Positions 45,473 to 54,757 of a DNA stretch of 64,000 nucleotides are shown here, in pieces. Source of the DNA: Pseudomonas phage PhiPA3. Made by a program: the position numbers and the translations under genes. The DNA lies in sequence record HQ630627.1, one strand, 5' to 3'. Under the pieces are notes generated by a model. That model was not told where the DNA came from, did not search any database, and saw only the letters and a program-made list of their open reading frames with translations. The number at the start of each line of letters is the position of its first letter. Position 1 is the stretch's first letter.

Positions 45473-46906
45473 ATGAACCCATTTCTTCACGCCCTACCTT
45501 ACGATCCAACGGGAACAGCCATCAATAACAGAACCCGTGGTGAGGTGCATGACCTGTCCGCTCAGCACGAATACCCGTACAAGGTAATCGTGATGGAGAA
45601 AGGGTACTTCTATACCAAGGACTTAGTCATTATCGACAAAACAGGTTACCGTCTTGTAGAGAACCAAGACTATCAATGCACCATGATGAATGCCGAGATT
45701 GCCAAGAAGACTGGTAAGACGGCATGTGCTGTAATTGTGGTATCCAGTAAGAAGATCAATCCGGTCGTACGAATTGATGCTCAAATGGTCGGCGGGGTGT
45801 ATTGTCAGCTTGCTCCAGCGATCGCTCAGCAAGCACGCGGCTTACTCAACAACACTCGTTCTGTTCATTGGAACAACATTATTGATAAGCCCAATACATT
45901 TAAACCCAATGGCCATTTCCATGCGTTGTGGGAGTTGTTCCGCTTCACTCCCCAGGTTCTGATTCTTAAACGAATTGAATCTATTCTGGAGCGACAAATC
46001 GAGCGCGATATGGATGACGTGTTGGCTGAGTTCCAACGCAAACTCGATCAGATTGGTGATAACCTTGGCGATATCGATGCCCGGCTAACTACGCACATTC
46101 AAGATACCCGTAACCCGCACAACACGACTAAAGCCAAACTCCAATTGGATAAAGTCCAAGACGGTGCGGTAGCAACCCTGGATCAGGCACGTACTACGTC
46201 AGGGACCATTCTTGATGCCTACGCCACACCACTGCGTGCGGCAGATTCCATCGCTGTAAATTTTACCCCGATGTTGCAAGCGCACATCACTGACTACAAC
46301 AACCCGCATAAAGAAACAGCCGCTAAACTGGGTACACTGACTGTTCAAGAACATTTGAATCTTGCAGCCCAGTATTACGACCGTGGATCAGTTGTAGCAA
46401 TGACCGATCGCTTAGAAGGAGAACTCTTCAGTTCCATCTACGATCGTGCACGTAAGAACGTTCCGATTAACCAACTCACATCTGGTATTTTCCCGTCAGA
46501 GCGATACTCAACTCACCAGACGGGTACACCCATGGTTGATTCTTTGTTGGTGCCAACCGGCGATCCAAATTGGGTTGCCAATGACGGATACTTCATGGGA
46601 TGGCTAGGTATTGATAAAATCTTCGAGACGTACGAGAAGAAAGGTAATCAAATTTTGTATATGAGTGGTACAGTGGGTTCAATGTCTAAAGGCAATAACG
46701 CCGCTGACACTATCACCACGCTACGCAATACCTTTGGTTACAACGTACCATCAGGGACAATGGCCGTTTGGAGATATCTCACTGATTGGATTATCAGTAC
46801 AGGTAACGGTGCGTACACTACTCATCTCAGTGCTATTGGCATGGCAGTATTCCTAAACGGAGACTGGCGCATTCCAGGTATGGCTAATGGTAACAGTCCA
46901 TGGTAA
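45473..46906 (+). CDS. fibre-like structural protein, paralog 3 (477 aa)
   Basis: ATG 45473 with an AAGGA ribosome-binding site. It carries the same N-terminal domain and two NPH repeats. Confidence 0.5.
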   Translation: MNPFLHALPYDPTGTAINNRTRGEVHDLSAQHEYPYKVIVMEKGYFYTKDLVIIDKTGYRLVENQDYQCTMMNAEIAKKTGKTACAVIVVSSKKINPVVRIDAQMVGGVYCQLAPAIAQQARGLLNNTRSVHWNNIIDKPNTFKPNGHFHALWELFRFTPQVLILKRIESILERQIERDMDDVLAEFQRKLDQIGDNLGDIDARLTTHIQDTRNPHNTTKAKLQLDKVQDGAVATLDQARTTSGTILDAYATPLRAADSIAVNFTPMLQAHITDYNNPHKETAAKLGTLTVQEHLNLAAQYYDRGSVVAMTDRLEGELFSSIYDRARKNVPINQLTSGIFPSERYSTHQTGTPMVDSLLVPTGDPNWVANDGYFMGWLGIDKIFETYEKKGNQILYMSGTVGSMSKGNNAADTITTLRNTFGYNVPSGTMAVWRYLTDWIISTGNGAYTTHLSAIGMAVFLNGDWRIPGMANGNSPW

Positions 46907-48312
46907 CTACAACTATTGAAAGTGGAATCACGTTCCTACCGCTGGATCTAACTGGAACAGCGGTTACAAACCGTATCGTGAATGAATCCCACACCCTGAC
47001 TAAAGTTCCAGGTAAAAATAATCGCGTTTTCGTTTGTACCCATGGGGGATACTACACCAATGGGTTTGAACTGCGAGATAACACTGGTCGTGCACTGATT
47101 AGAGGTCGTGATTATGTCATGACCTACCATTATCAACAGCTCACTGAAATGACGGGTAAGGGAGTGTACGGCCTGGTAGTTATTACAGATACCACCGCTG
47201 TATCTCCTGTAAGGGTGAGCTACCAAGCAGTGGGTGGTTTCTTTAGTGTTTCAGCTGATGAGCTTAAGGCACTGCTGGAAAAGCTGACTAACAGCGATGC
47301 CTTGAAGATCACGTGGGAACAGATCGTGGGTAAGCCAGATGCTTATGCACCGGCAGACCACCGACACGAACTTTGGCAGCTGTATGGCATGGAATCCATG
47401 GTCACCAACCTTGATCGGATTGGTGATGCTTGGGCACTTGGGCGTACAGCACTACTTAGTGAAGCCCGTTCGTACTACACCGGTTATCTTCAGCTTGCTC
47501 AACAAGCACTGGATAACTATATTGCACGAGTAAATGCTCACATCACAGACCAGAATAATCCACACCAGACGGATAAGGTTAAGATTGGGCTGAGCTTTAT
47601 CAATAACTGGCCAATGGCAACAGCTGCGCAAACCACGAACGTGAACCTGGATAACGTGTACATGCCCATTGGTGGTATTTACAACATGATCCAGTCTATG
47701 GTTATTCCAGCGTTGATAAACCACATCAGACGCCAGGACAACCCACACCAACTTAAACTCACGGATCTTAACCTATATAGCACCGCACAGATTAACGCCC
47801 TGTACGCAGCTAGATTGGCCAAAACCCAAGCGGCTTATAACTCGAAGTTGTTCGCGGGTAATAACAACTACACGTTGTACATGCAGCCTCGACTTTGGTT
47901 GGACATGGTAAACGTTGACCCAGGATCAATTTTCTCTCGGGATCGCTTTGCTCCGGATATCCCTGGTTGGGGCCCACGTGGATTACCGACCGACTTTGTT
48001 TGGAGTGGGGATAACGTATTCCGGTATTTTCCGACTGTGTTTGAACAATGGAACAACCAATCCAGTAATGTGTACTTCGTTGGTTCAAATAGCGCTACAT
48101 CAGGTCCATCGAACATTTACACCCGCCAAGGTGCTGAGTGGGCTATCCTTAATTCGAACCGCATCTATATCCAAGATATTCCCGTTGGCTCGCATTTTGT
48201 GGGTACCTACTTGCGTAACATGAACGGTGGGCGATATGTGCCACAGTTTGTTATCTGGCGTTATAATGGTGGTGACCGTACATCTTCCAACAGTTACACG
48301 GCCGTTCTATAG
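46900..48312 (+). CDS. fibre-like structural protein, paralog 4 (470 aa)
   Basis: Same architecture as the other three (LPLDLTGTAVTN, GGYY, NNPHQTDK, DNPHQLK). Confidence 0.5.
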   Translation: MVTTTIESGITFLPLDLTGTAVTNRIVNESHTLTKVPGKNNRVFVCTHGGYYTNGFELRDNTGRALIRGRDYVMTYHYQQLTEMTGKGVYGLVVITDTTAVSPVRVSYQAVGGFFSVSADELKALLEKLTNSDALKITWEQIVGKPDAYAPADHRHELWQLYGMESMVTNLDRIGDAWALGRTALLSEARSYYTGYLQLAQQALDNYIARVNAHITDQNNPHQTDKVKIGLSFINNWPMATAAQTTNVNLDNVYMPIGGIYNMIQSMVIPALINHIRRQDNPHQLKLTDLNLYSTAQINALYAARLAKTQAAYNSKLFAGNNNYTLYMQPRLWLDMVNVDPGSIFSRDRFAPDIPGWGPRGLPTDFVWSGDNVFRYFPTVFEQWNNQSSNVYFVGSNSATSGPSNIYTRQGAEWAILNSNRIYIQDIPVGSHFVGTYLRNMNGGRYVPQFVIWRYNGGDRTSSNSYTAVL

Positions 48313-48320
48313 AGGTTAAC

Positions 48321-48917
48321 ATGCATTACATTGCTGCTCACGTATCCGCTGAGTCCGAACGCGTTCCTTCAACCTTGTTGTTTAACAAGATCACAGGGAT
48401 GTTCATTGTTGCAGTCAGTATTCCTTTCGAAGAGTACGAAAATCAAGCGGATTTCTACATCGCCATTGGCGCTGACTTTAATCACGTTAACGACACCGTT
48501 GTCGGTGGTCTCATCATTAAAGAAGATGGGACCTATGTTGAAGACTTTAAAGTCATGTCACGGGATGAAGCCCCGCGGATGGTTTACGAATCTCAGCTGA
48601 ACGCTCAAGCTGAGTACAAAATCACAAAGAAATACTCCATCGTAGATCAGATCAACGTGTTGTCGCGTGCAATCCAAGCCATTGCAAAGAAAGCTGGAGT
48701 TGACGTCTCTGAACTGACAGAGATGCAAGACTACATTGATCTTTGCTTGCAGACTAACGCAACGCAGAAGGCATTCTATCGTGACAACCCCGACATCGTT
48801 TACGTCAGCGACGAACAAAAAGAAGCTGATGACGCCGCCCGATTGGAAGGCGGTCTCCATGAAGCACTTGGCCCAAGAACTGTTGGCGGTATCCGTATTT
48901 CCGGAACAACAGGCTAA
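48321..48917 (+). CDS. hypothetical protein (198 aa)
   Basis: ORF. Confidence 0.45.
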   Translation: MHYIAAHVSAESERVPSTLLFNKITGMFIVAVSIPFEEYENQADFYIAIGADFNHVNDTVVGGLIIKEDGTYVEDFKVMSRDEAPRMVYESQLNAQAEYKITKKYSIVDQINVLSRAIQAIAKKAGVDVSELTEMQDYIDLCLQTNATQKAFYRDNPDIVYVSDEQKEADDAARLEGGLHEALGPRTVGGIRISGTTG

Positions 48918-49341
48918 GGACATCGTCGAGTATTTAGACGGGATTAACCCAAGTTACTGGTTCCATCGATCTAAAATCAACAGTATCCCCACCAAAGGGG
49001 ACCCTACTGCGGATTACTATTTCATGGGTGACCGGCAACAACCTACTGAACTACGTAAGTTCCTGTATGACCTAGCCCCTATTATCGACGGGTGGAAACC
49101 TACTGAAATGTGCTTGAACAAGTACGAAGTAGGAAATGGCATGCCTGAACATATTGACCTTGCAATGTATCGCCACAACATGGTTATCGCCTTGTGTGAC
49201 CATGGTGATGGATTGCTAATCAATGGTGAGTTCTACGTGGATACTCCAGGGCAAGGTGTTATCTTACCCTTTAAGTCTCCACCACATGAGGTTCCTCCCG
49301 TCAAGACTAGGCGTTATGTGTTGATCTATCTTTACGAATAG
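48859..49341 (+). CDS. putative 2OG-Fe(II) oxygenase superfamily protein (160 aa)
   Basis: HxD...H...R arrangement (PEHID, PPHEV, RRYVLIY). I took the internal ATG 48859 (GGAAGG ribosome-binding site), which is in frame with track ORF 48736. Confidence 0.35.
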   Translation: MKHLAQELLAVSVFPEQQAKDIVEYLDGINPSYWFHRSKINSIPTKGDPTADYYFMGDRQQPTELRKFLYDLAPIIDGWKPTEMCLNKYEVGNGMPEHIDLAMYRHNMVIALCDHGDGLLINGEFYVDTPGQGVILPFKSPPHEVPPVKTRRYVLIYLYE

Positions 49342-49349
49342 GTACTGAT

Positions 49350-49835
49350 ATGTACAAGCATTACGACCCCTTGACCGAAGCTGAGCTGGAAACATTGTTA
49401 ACGTTGAAAGATCAAGTTCCGTTTAAGATTGCCACCAGTTATAAGCGTCGAATGGGCGAGAATGGAAATAAAGCACTGAGTATTTACAATTACTCGAAAT
49501 GGTTCGAGTGGACCAAACCACAGCGTGAGTTGTTCAAAGAAGGCTTCAGTAACGATGCCCTCGATAAAGCTGTTCAGGGTTGGTTCTTGGAACTGCCTGC
49601 TGGTAAAGGTTTTCTTGACCGTATGACCACCTGGGTTGACAAACCTGGTTCAGGTACGATCATTGCAACCGCTCTGAAAGATCAGGACATTCTTCTGGAT
49701 GATAAGTCTGTACACCTAAAGAAAGGCGAACAGATTGGATTCCATCTGAGTACGATCCACCAGATAGCCCCCAGTAAAGAGGGCCAGCTCTGGGCTTGCA
49801 TCATGGTTCGTGGCGACCACGAAAAGCTCACCTGA
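49350..49835 (+). CDS. hypothetical protein (161 aa)
   Basis: ORF. Confidence 0.45.
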   Translation: MYKHYDPLTEAELETLLTLKDQVPFKIATSYKRRMGENGNKALSIYNYSKWFEWTKPQRELFKEGFSNDALDKAVQGWFLELPAGKGFLDRMTTWVDKPGSGTIIATALKDQDILLDDKSVHLKKGEQIGFHLSTIHQIAPSKEGQLWACIMVRGDHEKLT

Positions 49836-49880
49836 AATTCCTGCACAATCTTACAGGTTTCGTATTCTTAAGGATTCATC

Positions 49881-50783
49881 ATGGCTGATTCGTCTAATCC
49901 CATCGATCAGCAGATTATCAACGTCGTACGCACATGCTACGCGTCTTATCTGCAAACGACCAAGTACCTGGGTCTTTCTCCGTTCCGCATGATTGCCAAC
50001 ACTACTCTTAATGAGAAGTTTGGTATTCAGCAGGGCGTTGCCCCTGCTGCCAGTGAAATGCCCAATGTCCGGTACATGGTTATCGGTAACATGGGTCACT
50101 ACACCGTTAAAGCAGCTGATGGTGCTGACGAGGTTGAACCGCGTATCCACCGGTCTAACCACGCAGCACTGTATAACCACATTCCATTCGTACTGCGTGA
50201 GATCACCAATGATCTTCCAGCCGGTGCTACCCGCGACAAATACTGTCTGCGTCGCCTGGAAACCTGGAACGGTAAACAGTACGTGGCTTACTACGGTCGC
50301 CGGATATCGGTAACTGGTGTACAACCCCAGCTGCTGCAAATCGAAATCATCAATGGTGTTGAGACTACCACACCGTACGTCCCAACAGTTGATGACCTGA
50401 ACCCTGTTCCGCCGGATATCTCCAACAATGGTACTGTAATTGGTTCTAACAAGACCATCTCGGCCTCAGCAATCGTCAAGGTTAGCCTTACTGCTGAAGA
50501 GATTCTGGAAATCACCAATGCTCATCGCATCCGTACTGGCTCTGCTCGTTCTCCGATCATTTCGGAAATTGGCCTGTGTTCGGGTGTAGATCGTCTGGTA
50601 GCTGGTCAAGGTTCTGCCGGTAGCTTCCAATACCAGGAAGTGCTGGCCTGCCAGGTCAACGTTCATATCGCAACCAACCATCCGATCGGCTACAGCTCTA
50701 ACGGGTTGAACCTGACCTTCGATATCGGCGGCGTAGAACCGACTCTGGGTGATAAAGCCGTCAACCAAGCAACCTTCGTGTAA
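49881..50783 (+). CDS. hypothetical protein (300 aa)
   Basis: ORF with an AAGGA ribosome-binding site. Confidence 0.5.
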   Translation: MADSSNPIDQQIINVVRTCYASYLQTTKYLGLSPFRMIANTTLNEKFGIQQGVAPAASEMPNVRYMVIGNMGHYTVKAADGADEVEPRIHRSNHAALYNHIPFVLREITNDLPAGATRDKYCLRRLETWNGKQYVAYYGRRISVTGVQPQLLQIEIINGVETTTPYVPTVDDLNPVPPDISNNGTVIGSNKTISASAIVKVSLTAEEILEITNAHRIRTGSARSPIISEIGLCSGVDRLVAGQGSAGSFQYQEVLACQVNVHIATNHPIGYSSNGLNLTFDIGGVEPTLGDKAVNQATFV

Positions 50784-50792
50784 GGATTTGCT

Positions 50793-51356
50793 ATGTTGTG
50801 GCTTCCAGATAGCATTGAACCCTTCCGACTGGCGTCATTCGACCCCGGTTCGAGTAATGTGGGATTGGCTCTCCTGGAAAATAGTTTAGATGGAAATGAC
50901 CCTGTGGTGCGCCAAGCTTTTACGGCGCACCTCAAGGACACCCATCCGGCATATTCTGAGATAACTGATTTGCACGGTTCCCGTACCGTTCGGTTGATGA
51001 TCTTAGCGGACATCGTAACAGATTTCTTGAGAACACATAGACCACATGCGGTCATTGTTGAATCGAACTATTTAGGTAAGTTTGCTAACAGCTTTGCAGC
51101 ACTTGTGGAATGCGTTATCGTCATTCGAAACGCCCTCTATAAGTACGATCCTTTTATTCCGCTTTACACCGTAGATCCTAGTACCGCGAAAATCAATGCG
51201 GGTATGGTTAAGGTGAAAGGCACGGATAAAGAGGACGTCCGCAAAGCACTTCGTAGCCGTACTGACCTTAAATGGGACATTGACATTGATAGTCTTGATG
51301 AACACGCAGTTGATGCGTGTGCCATTGGGTACTACTACATGTGTAAAGTTCTCTGA
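50793..51356 (+). CDS. RuvC-like Holliday junction resolvase (187 aa)
   Basis: SFDPGSSNVGLALL (RuvC motif I), VIVESNY (E), and HAVDACAIGYYY (the C-terminal catalytic Asp motif). Confidence 0.55.
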   Translation: MLWLPDSIEPFRLASFDPGSSNVGLALLENSLDGNDPVVRQAFTAHLKDTHPAYSEITDLHGSRTVRLMILADIVTDFLRTHRPHAVIVESNYLGKFANSFAALVECVIVIRNALYKYDPFIPLYTVDPSTAKINAGMVKVKGTDKEDVRKALRSRTDLKWDIDIDSLDEHAVDACAIGYYYMCKVL

Positions 51357-51366
51357 TGAGGTTTTT

Positions 51367-51870
51367 ATGTTCCAACTGTTAAAGAGTTCTCCACTACGGT
51401 GGGTACTCGTCGGCTTGGTAATAGCCGTCGTTGGTGGTCTTGTCTTTTTCTACAATGAGTATACTGACGCCGTTAGGACAAATGGAGAACTTGTCCAACA
51501 AAACGATAAGCTTGAAAGGATTATCGAGCGTAACAATCAATCAGCGGCCATCACTGATCAGATTGTGTCAGACACTCTAAAACAAACCGTCGATGCGCAG
51601 AAACAGCAGGAACAATCACGAATAGAGGTGATTGATGAGTACATTAACTTGTCCCATCAAACCGCAATTAAATGGCCGACTGCTCCAAAGGGTCCGCCAG
51701 TGGTTGAAATTGGGAATGAGTCGGTTTCGGGTCACGCCACCAAACCGTCCAGTAATGATGTTAGTGGTGATAGTAGGGCTCTCTACGTTCTTGTTACACG
51801 GATGCGCGAACAATACTGCAAAGCCGGAGGAGAGGCCACCTACTGCAATACCCAGTCCACTACTCATTAG
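51367..51870 (+). CDS. i-spanin (Rz-like; 167 aa)
   Basis: N-terminal TM segment WVLVGLVIAVVGGLVFFY followed by a charged coiled-coil periplasmic region. It has a GAGG ribosome-binding site and the o-spanin gene is embedded in its +1 frame. Confidence 0.55.
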   Translation: MFQLLKSSPLRWVLVGLVIAVVGGLVFFYNEYTDAVRTNGELVQQNDKLERIIERNNQSAAITDQIVSDTLKQTVDAQKQQEQSRIEVIDEYINLSHQTAIKWPTAPKGPPVVEIGNESVSGHATKPSSNDVSGDSRALYVLVTRMREQYCKAGGEATYCNTQSTTH

Positions 51871-52078
51871 GTGCGAACCAGATGAACCGCCTGATCCGTT
51901 GGTGCTCATCAATGCCCTGGATCGATATAAAGGGCAAGGCATAACCGATGTTTGGGAAGCACGCTTTCTGATCATGTCGGAAGCGTGGATGAAACAAACT
52001 GGTAATATTGGGTTATGCAATATCCGAATCGACAAGCTGCGTGATTGGAACACAAAGCAATTTGGTTTGGAGAAGTAA
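51755..52078 (+). CDS. o-spanin (Rz1-like lipoprotein; 107 aa), overlapped arrangement
   Basis: Signal peptide plus a lipobox-like sequence LLHGC, a Pro-rich mature part and a C-terminal Cys. It starts in the +1 frame inside the i-spanin gene and extends 208 nt past it. Confidence 0.5.
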   Translation: MMLVVIVGLSTFLLHGCANNTAKPEERPPTAIPSPLLIRCEPDEPPDPLVLINALDRYKGQGITDVWEARFLIMSEAWMKQTGNIGLCNIRIDKLRDWNTKQFGLEK

Positions 52079-52081
52079 GTC

Positions 52082-52489
52082 ATGACGTTAGAAGATACAC
52101 TGTCGAACATGGGTGCTGAACCCATTTCCGCCGCCGAGAACTTCAGGCAGATGATGGCTTTCCTGAACGGAAGTCTTATTCGTGCTGGTCAAGAGAAAGT
52201 TACAGAAGCAACACCTAGTGATCAGGTGTTGCAGGCAATTTACTCTATCCCAGATCAGGCACAGCGTGAAGCTATCCTGTTCCGGGAGTACAAAGAGATG
52301 CCAAAAAAAGATTCGTACAAATCGGTAGTGATTGGCGCAACCACCATTATCGCTGCGATTGTTATCGCTGCATTGGTTGGAATTGTAAAAGCGGAAGGAC
52401 CGATGGATGCTAATACAGCAGATTTGTTTAAATTGATTAGCCAAGGCTTGATCGAGTTACTCAAAGCCATCATTGGTTCCGGACAGTAG
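52082..52489 (+). CDS. hypothetical single-TM protein (135 aa); weak holin candidate
   Basis: C-terminal TM segment SVVIGATTIIAAIVIAALVGIV. It lies between the spanins and the endolysin. Confidence 0.3.
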   Translation: MTLEDTLSNMGAEPISAAENFRQMMAFLNGSLIRAGQEKVTEATPSDQVLQAIYSIPDQAQREAILFREYKEMPKKDSYKSVVIGATTIIAAIVIAALVGIVKAEGPMDANTADLFKLISQGLIELLKAIIGSGQ

Positions 52490-52507
52490 AAAATATAAAA
52501 CCTCCCT

Positions 52508-52536
52508 CGGTTCTCGGGGGAGGTTTTATAATGCTA
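52508..52536 (+). terminator. hairpin cctccctcgg...cgggggagg + TTTTATAAT
   Basis: GC stem followed by a U-rich tract. Confidence 0.5.
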
Positions 52537-52582
52537 TGTAGGCTGAGTAACTTTTTTCTTAAGCCCCATTAGAGGTTTTAGC

Positions 52583-53110
52583 ATGAGTGATCGTTTCCCA
52601 TACAACCTTCCTTCTAGGGAAGCGCTTGTACGCTTGATCCGAGAAACGTCCAAACATACTGGCATTCAATCGGACTACGTAAGTTTTGAGGACCTGTTCT
52701 ATTCTCCGACAGCGCAAGTTCCTGGTCGTACCTACATCGAAATGGAAGATCATATCGGTGCAGTGAAGGACTGGTTCGTTTTCCGCCGTTTGGATATGGC
52801 CACTGTTCTTGGTAACAACACAATTCTGCAACTGACTGAAGCACCGACTCCAGCGGCAGTTGCTACCGAGATTAACCGTTCCCGTAACATGCAGTTCGGG
52901 CCGGATGACCTGTCGTTCTCTACTGACGTAATCCCACATTCAGAGAACGAATTTATTTATACTGTCCGGGCAATGACTGGTTCGTACGCTTACTACGGTA
53001 GCGTTGACGTAACCATCCGTCTGGTTGGTGGTAGCCCCTATGCTCGGGTATTGGAAGACGGTACTTTCCGTTATACCGAAGATGGCAATCTCCGCGAGCT
53101 TGAACACTAA
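52583..53110 (+). CDS. hypothetical protein (175 aa)
   Basis: ORF with a GAGG ribosome-binding site. Confidence 0.45.
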   Translation: MSDRFPYNLPSREALVRLIRETSKHTGIQSDYVSFEDLFYSPTAQVPGRTYIEMEDHIGAVKDWFVFRRLDMATVLGNNTILQLTEAPTPAAVATEINRSRNMQFGPDDLSFSTDVIPHSENEFIYTVRAMTGSYAYYGSVDVTIRLVGGSPYARVLEDGTFRYTEDGNLRELEH

Positions 53111-53112
53111 AG

Positions 53113-53922
53113 GTGAGTAACATGACATTACTGAAGAAAGGCGACAAGGGTGACGCCGTAAAACAACTACAGCAGAAACTCAAAGACCTTGGGTATACCC
53201 TGGGTGTCGATGGCAACTTCGGTAATGGCACCGATACTGTCGTTCGTTCTTTCCAAACCAAAATGAAGCTTAGTGTTGATGGTGTGGTTGGTAATGGTAC
53301 TATGAGTACTATTGACTCTACTCTAGCAGGCATTAAAGCGTGGAAGACTAGTGTACCTTTCCCTGCGACGAACAAATCCCGAGCAATGGCAATGCCAACG
53401 TTGACTGAAATAGGTCGACTGACAAACGTTGATCCTAAATTGCTAGCGACATTCTGTTCTATCGAAAGCGCGTTTGATTACACAGCTAAACCCTACAAGC
53501 CCGATGGCACAGTGTACAGCTCCGCCGAAGGTTGGTTCCAGTTCCTGGATGCAACATGGGATGACGAAGTGCGTAAACACGGTAAGCAATATAGCTTCCC
53601 TGTTGATCCTGGTCGTTCTTTGCGTAAAGATCCACGGGCTAATGGCTTGATGGGCGCTGAGTTCCTCAAAGGGAATGCTGCTATTCTGCGGCCAGTACTG
53701 GGTCATGAACCGAGCGACACAGATCTTTATCTAGCCCATTTCATGGGAGCAGGTGGCGCAAAACAGTTCCTTATGGCCGATCAAAATAAATTGGCTGCCG
53801 AATTGTTCCCTGGTCCAGCTAAGGCTAATCCTAACATCTTCTATAAATCCGGAAATATTGCCCGCACTTTAGCAGAGGTCTATGCAGTCCTCGATGCTAA
53901 GGTAGCCAAGCATAGAGCTTAA
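53113..53922 (+). CDS. endolysin: N-terminal PG_binding_1 domain plus C-terminal lytic transglycosylase (269 aa), phiKZ gp144-like
   Basis: LKKGDKGDAVKQLQQKLKDLGYTLGVDGNFGNGTDTVVRSFQ...DGVVG is a classic PG-binding repeat. The SIESAFDY motif contains the catalytic-Glu ES pair. phiKZ gp144 has the same architecture and is about 260 aa. Confidence 0.85.
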   Translation: MSNMTLLKKGDKGDAVKQLQQKLKDLGYTLGVDGNFGNGTDTVVRSFQTKMKLSVDGVVGNGTMSTIDSTLAGIKAWKTSVPFPATNKSRAMAMPTLTEIGRLTNVDPKLLATFCSIESAFDYTAKPYKPDGTVYSSAEGWFQFLDATWDDEVRKHGKQYSFPVDPGRSLRKDPRANGLMGAEFLKGNAAILRPVLGHEPSDTDLYLAHFMGAGGAKQFLMADQNKLAAELFPGPAKANPNIFYKSGNIARTLAEVYAVLDAKVAKHRA

Positions 53923-53931
53923 GGAATAAAC

Positions 53932-54630
53932 ATGGCTAAGGCTACAAAAATCTCCGAATACGAAATTCTAACCGAGCTTACCGGTGACGAATACGTTGAG
54001 GTAATTGCACCCACCCCTGAAGGGGAACAACCTTTTAAAAACTACCGTGTATCGACGGCTAAGTTTGGTATGGGTAAATCCGCCTATGAACTGGCGGTTG
54101 AAGGTGGTTACACCGGCACTCAGGAAGAATGGCTGGCATCACTGCAAGGTGAATCAGCTTATCAAATCGCGGTTAAGTATGGCTATACCGGTTCCGAAGC
54201 CGAATGGAATGCCGTGTTTGATACCATCTACATTCGCGATGCATCTTCGGCCGGTAAGATCCTCGTAGTTGGTACGGCCGGTACACCGGAGTGGCAAGCT
54301 TTGACTAAGACCCGCGTTGGTCTGGATCAAGTGGATAATACTGCTGACGCCGATAAACCGATTTCCAACGCCGTAGCGGTAGCCCTGGCCAGTAAAGCGG
54401 ATCTGGGCGAAGACGGTAAGATTAATCCAGAACAACTCCCAGCTTCGACTGCCCCGGTTGCAGCCACTGTGGAAGAGGTTCTGGAAGGAGTAGATAATAC
54501 CAAGTTTATTACAGCTGAAACAGTATTTGCTCTGCTGGCTGAAATTGGTATTACAAAAGACGGCAGCGGTAATTGGACCATTGATAGTTCCAAGCTGAAC
54601 CCGCAACCTGAATTCCCAGTCGTGCCGTAA
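53932..54630 (+). CDS. tail-fibre-associated protein (232 aa) with SAYE(L/I)AV.GYTG.E.EW repeats
   Basis: Two repeat units are shared with the downstream fibre. It has an AAGGAATAAAC ribosome-binding site. Confidence 0.5.
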   Translation: MAKATKISEYEILTELTGDEYVEVIAPTPEGEQPFKNYRVSTAKFGMGKSAYELAVEGGYTGTQEEWLASLQGESAYQIAVKYGYTGSEAEWNAVFDTIYIRDASSAGKILVVGTAGTPEWQALTKTRVGLDQVDNTADADKPISNAVAVALASKADLGEDGKINPEQLPASTAPVAATVEEVLEGVDNTKFITAETVFALLAEIGITKDGSGNWTIDSSKLNPQPEFPVVP

Positions 54631-54639
54631 AAATATACT

Positions 54640-54659
54640 GGAGTCCCTTAGGGGACTCC
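54640..54659 (+). terminator. hairpin ggagtccc-ttag-gggactcc + TTTATG
   Basis: GC stem. Confidence 0.55.
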
Positions 54660-54757
54660 TTTATGTCGACTTTAAAATGCCTTACTGTATGAGTCTTATT
54701 TCTCTTAAGACGTGTAAGAAGTAGTTGAAAGACTCTCTTCACCCAAAGGAAGACACA

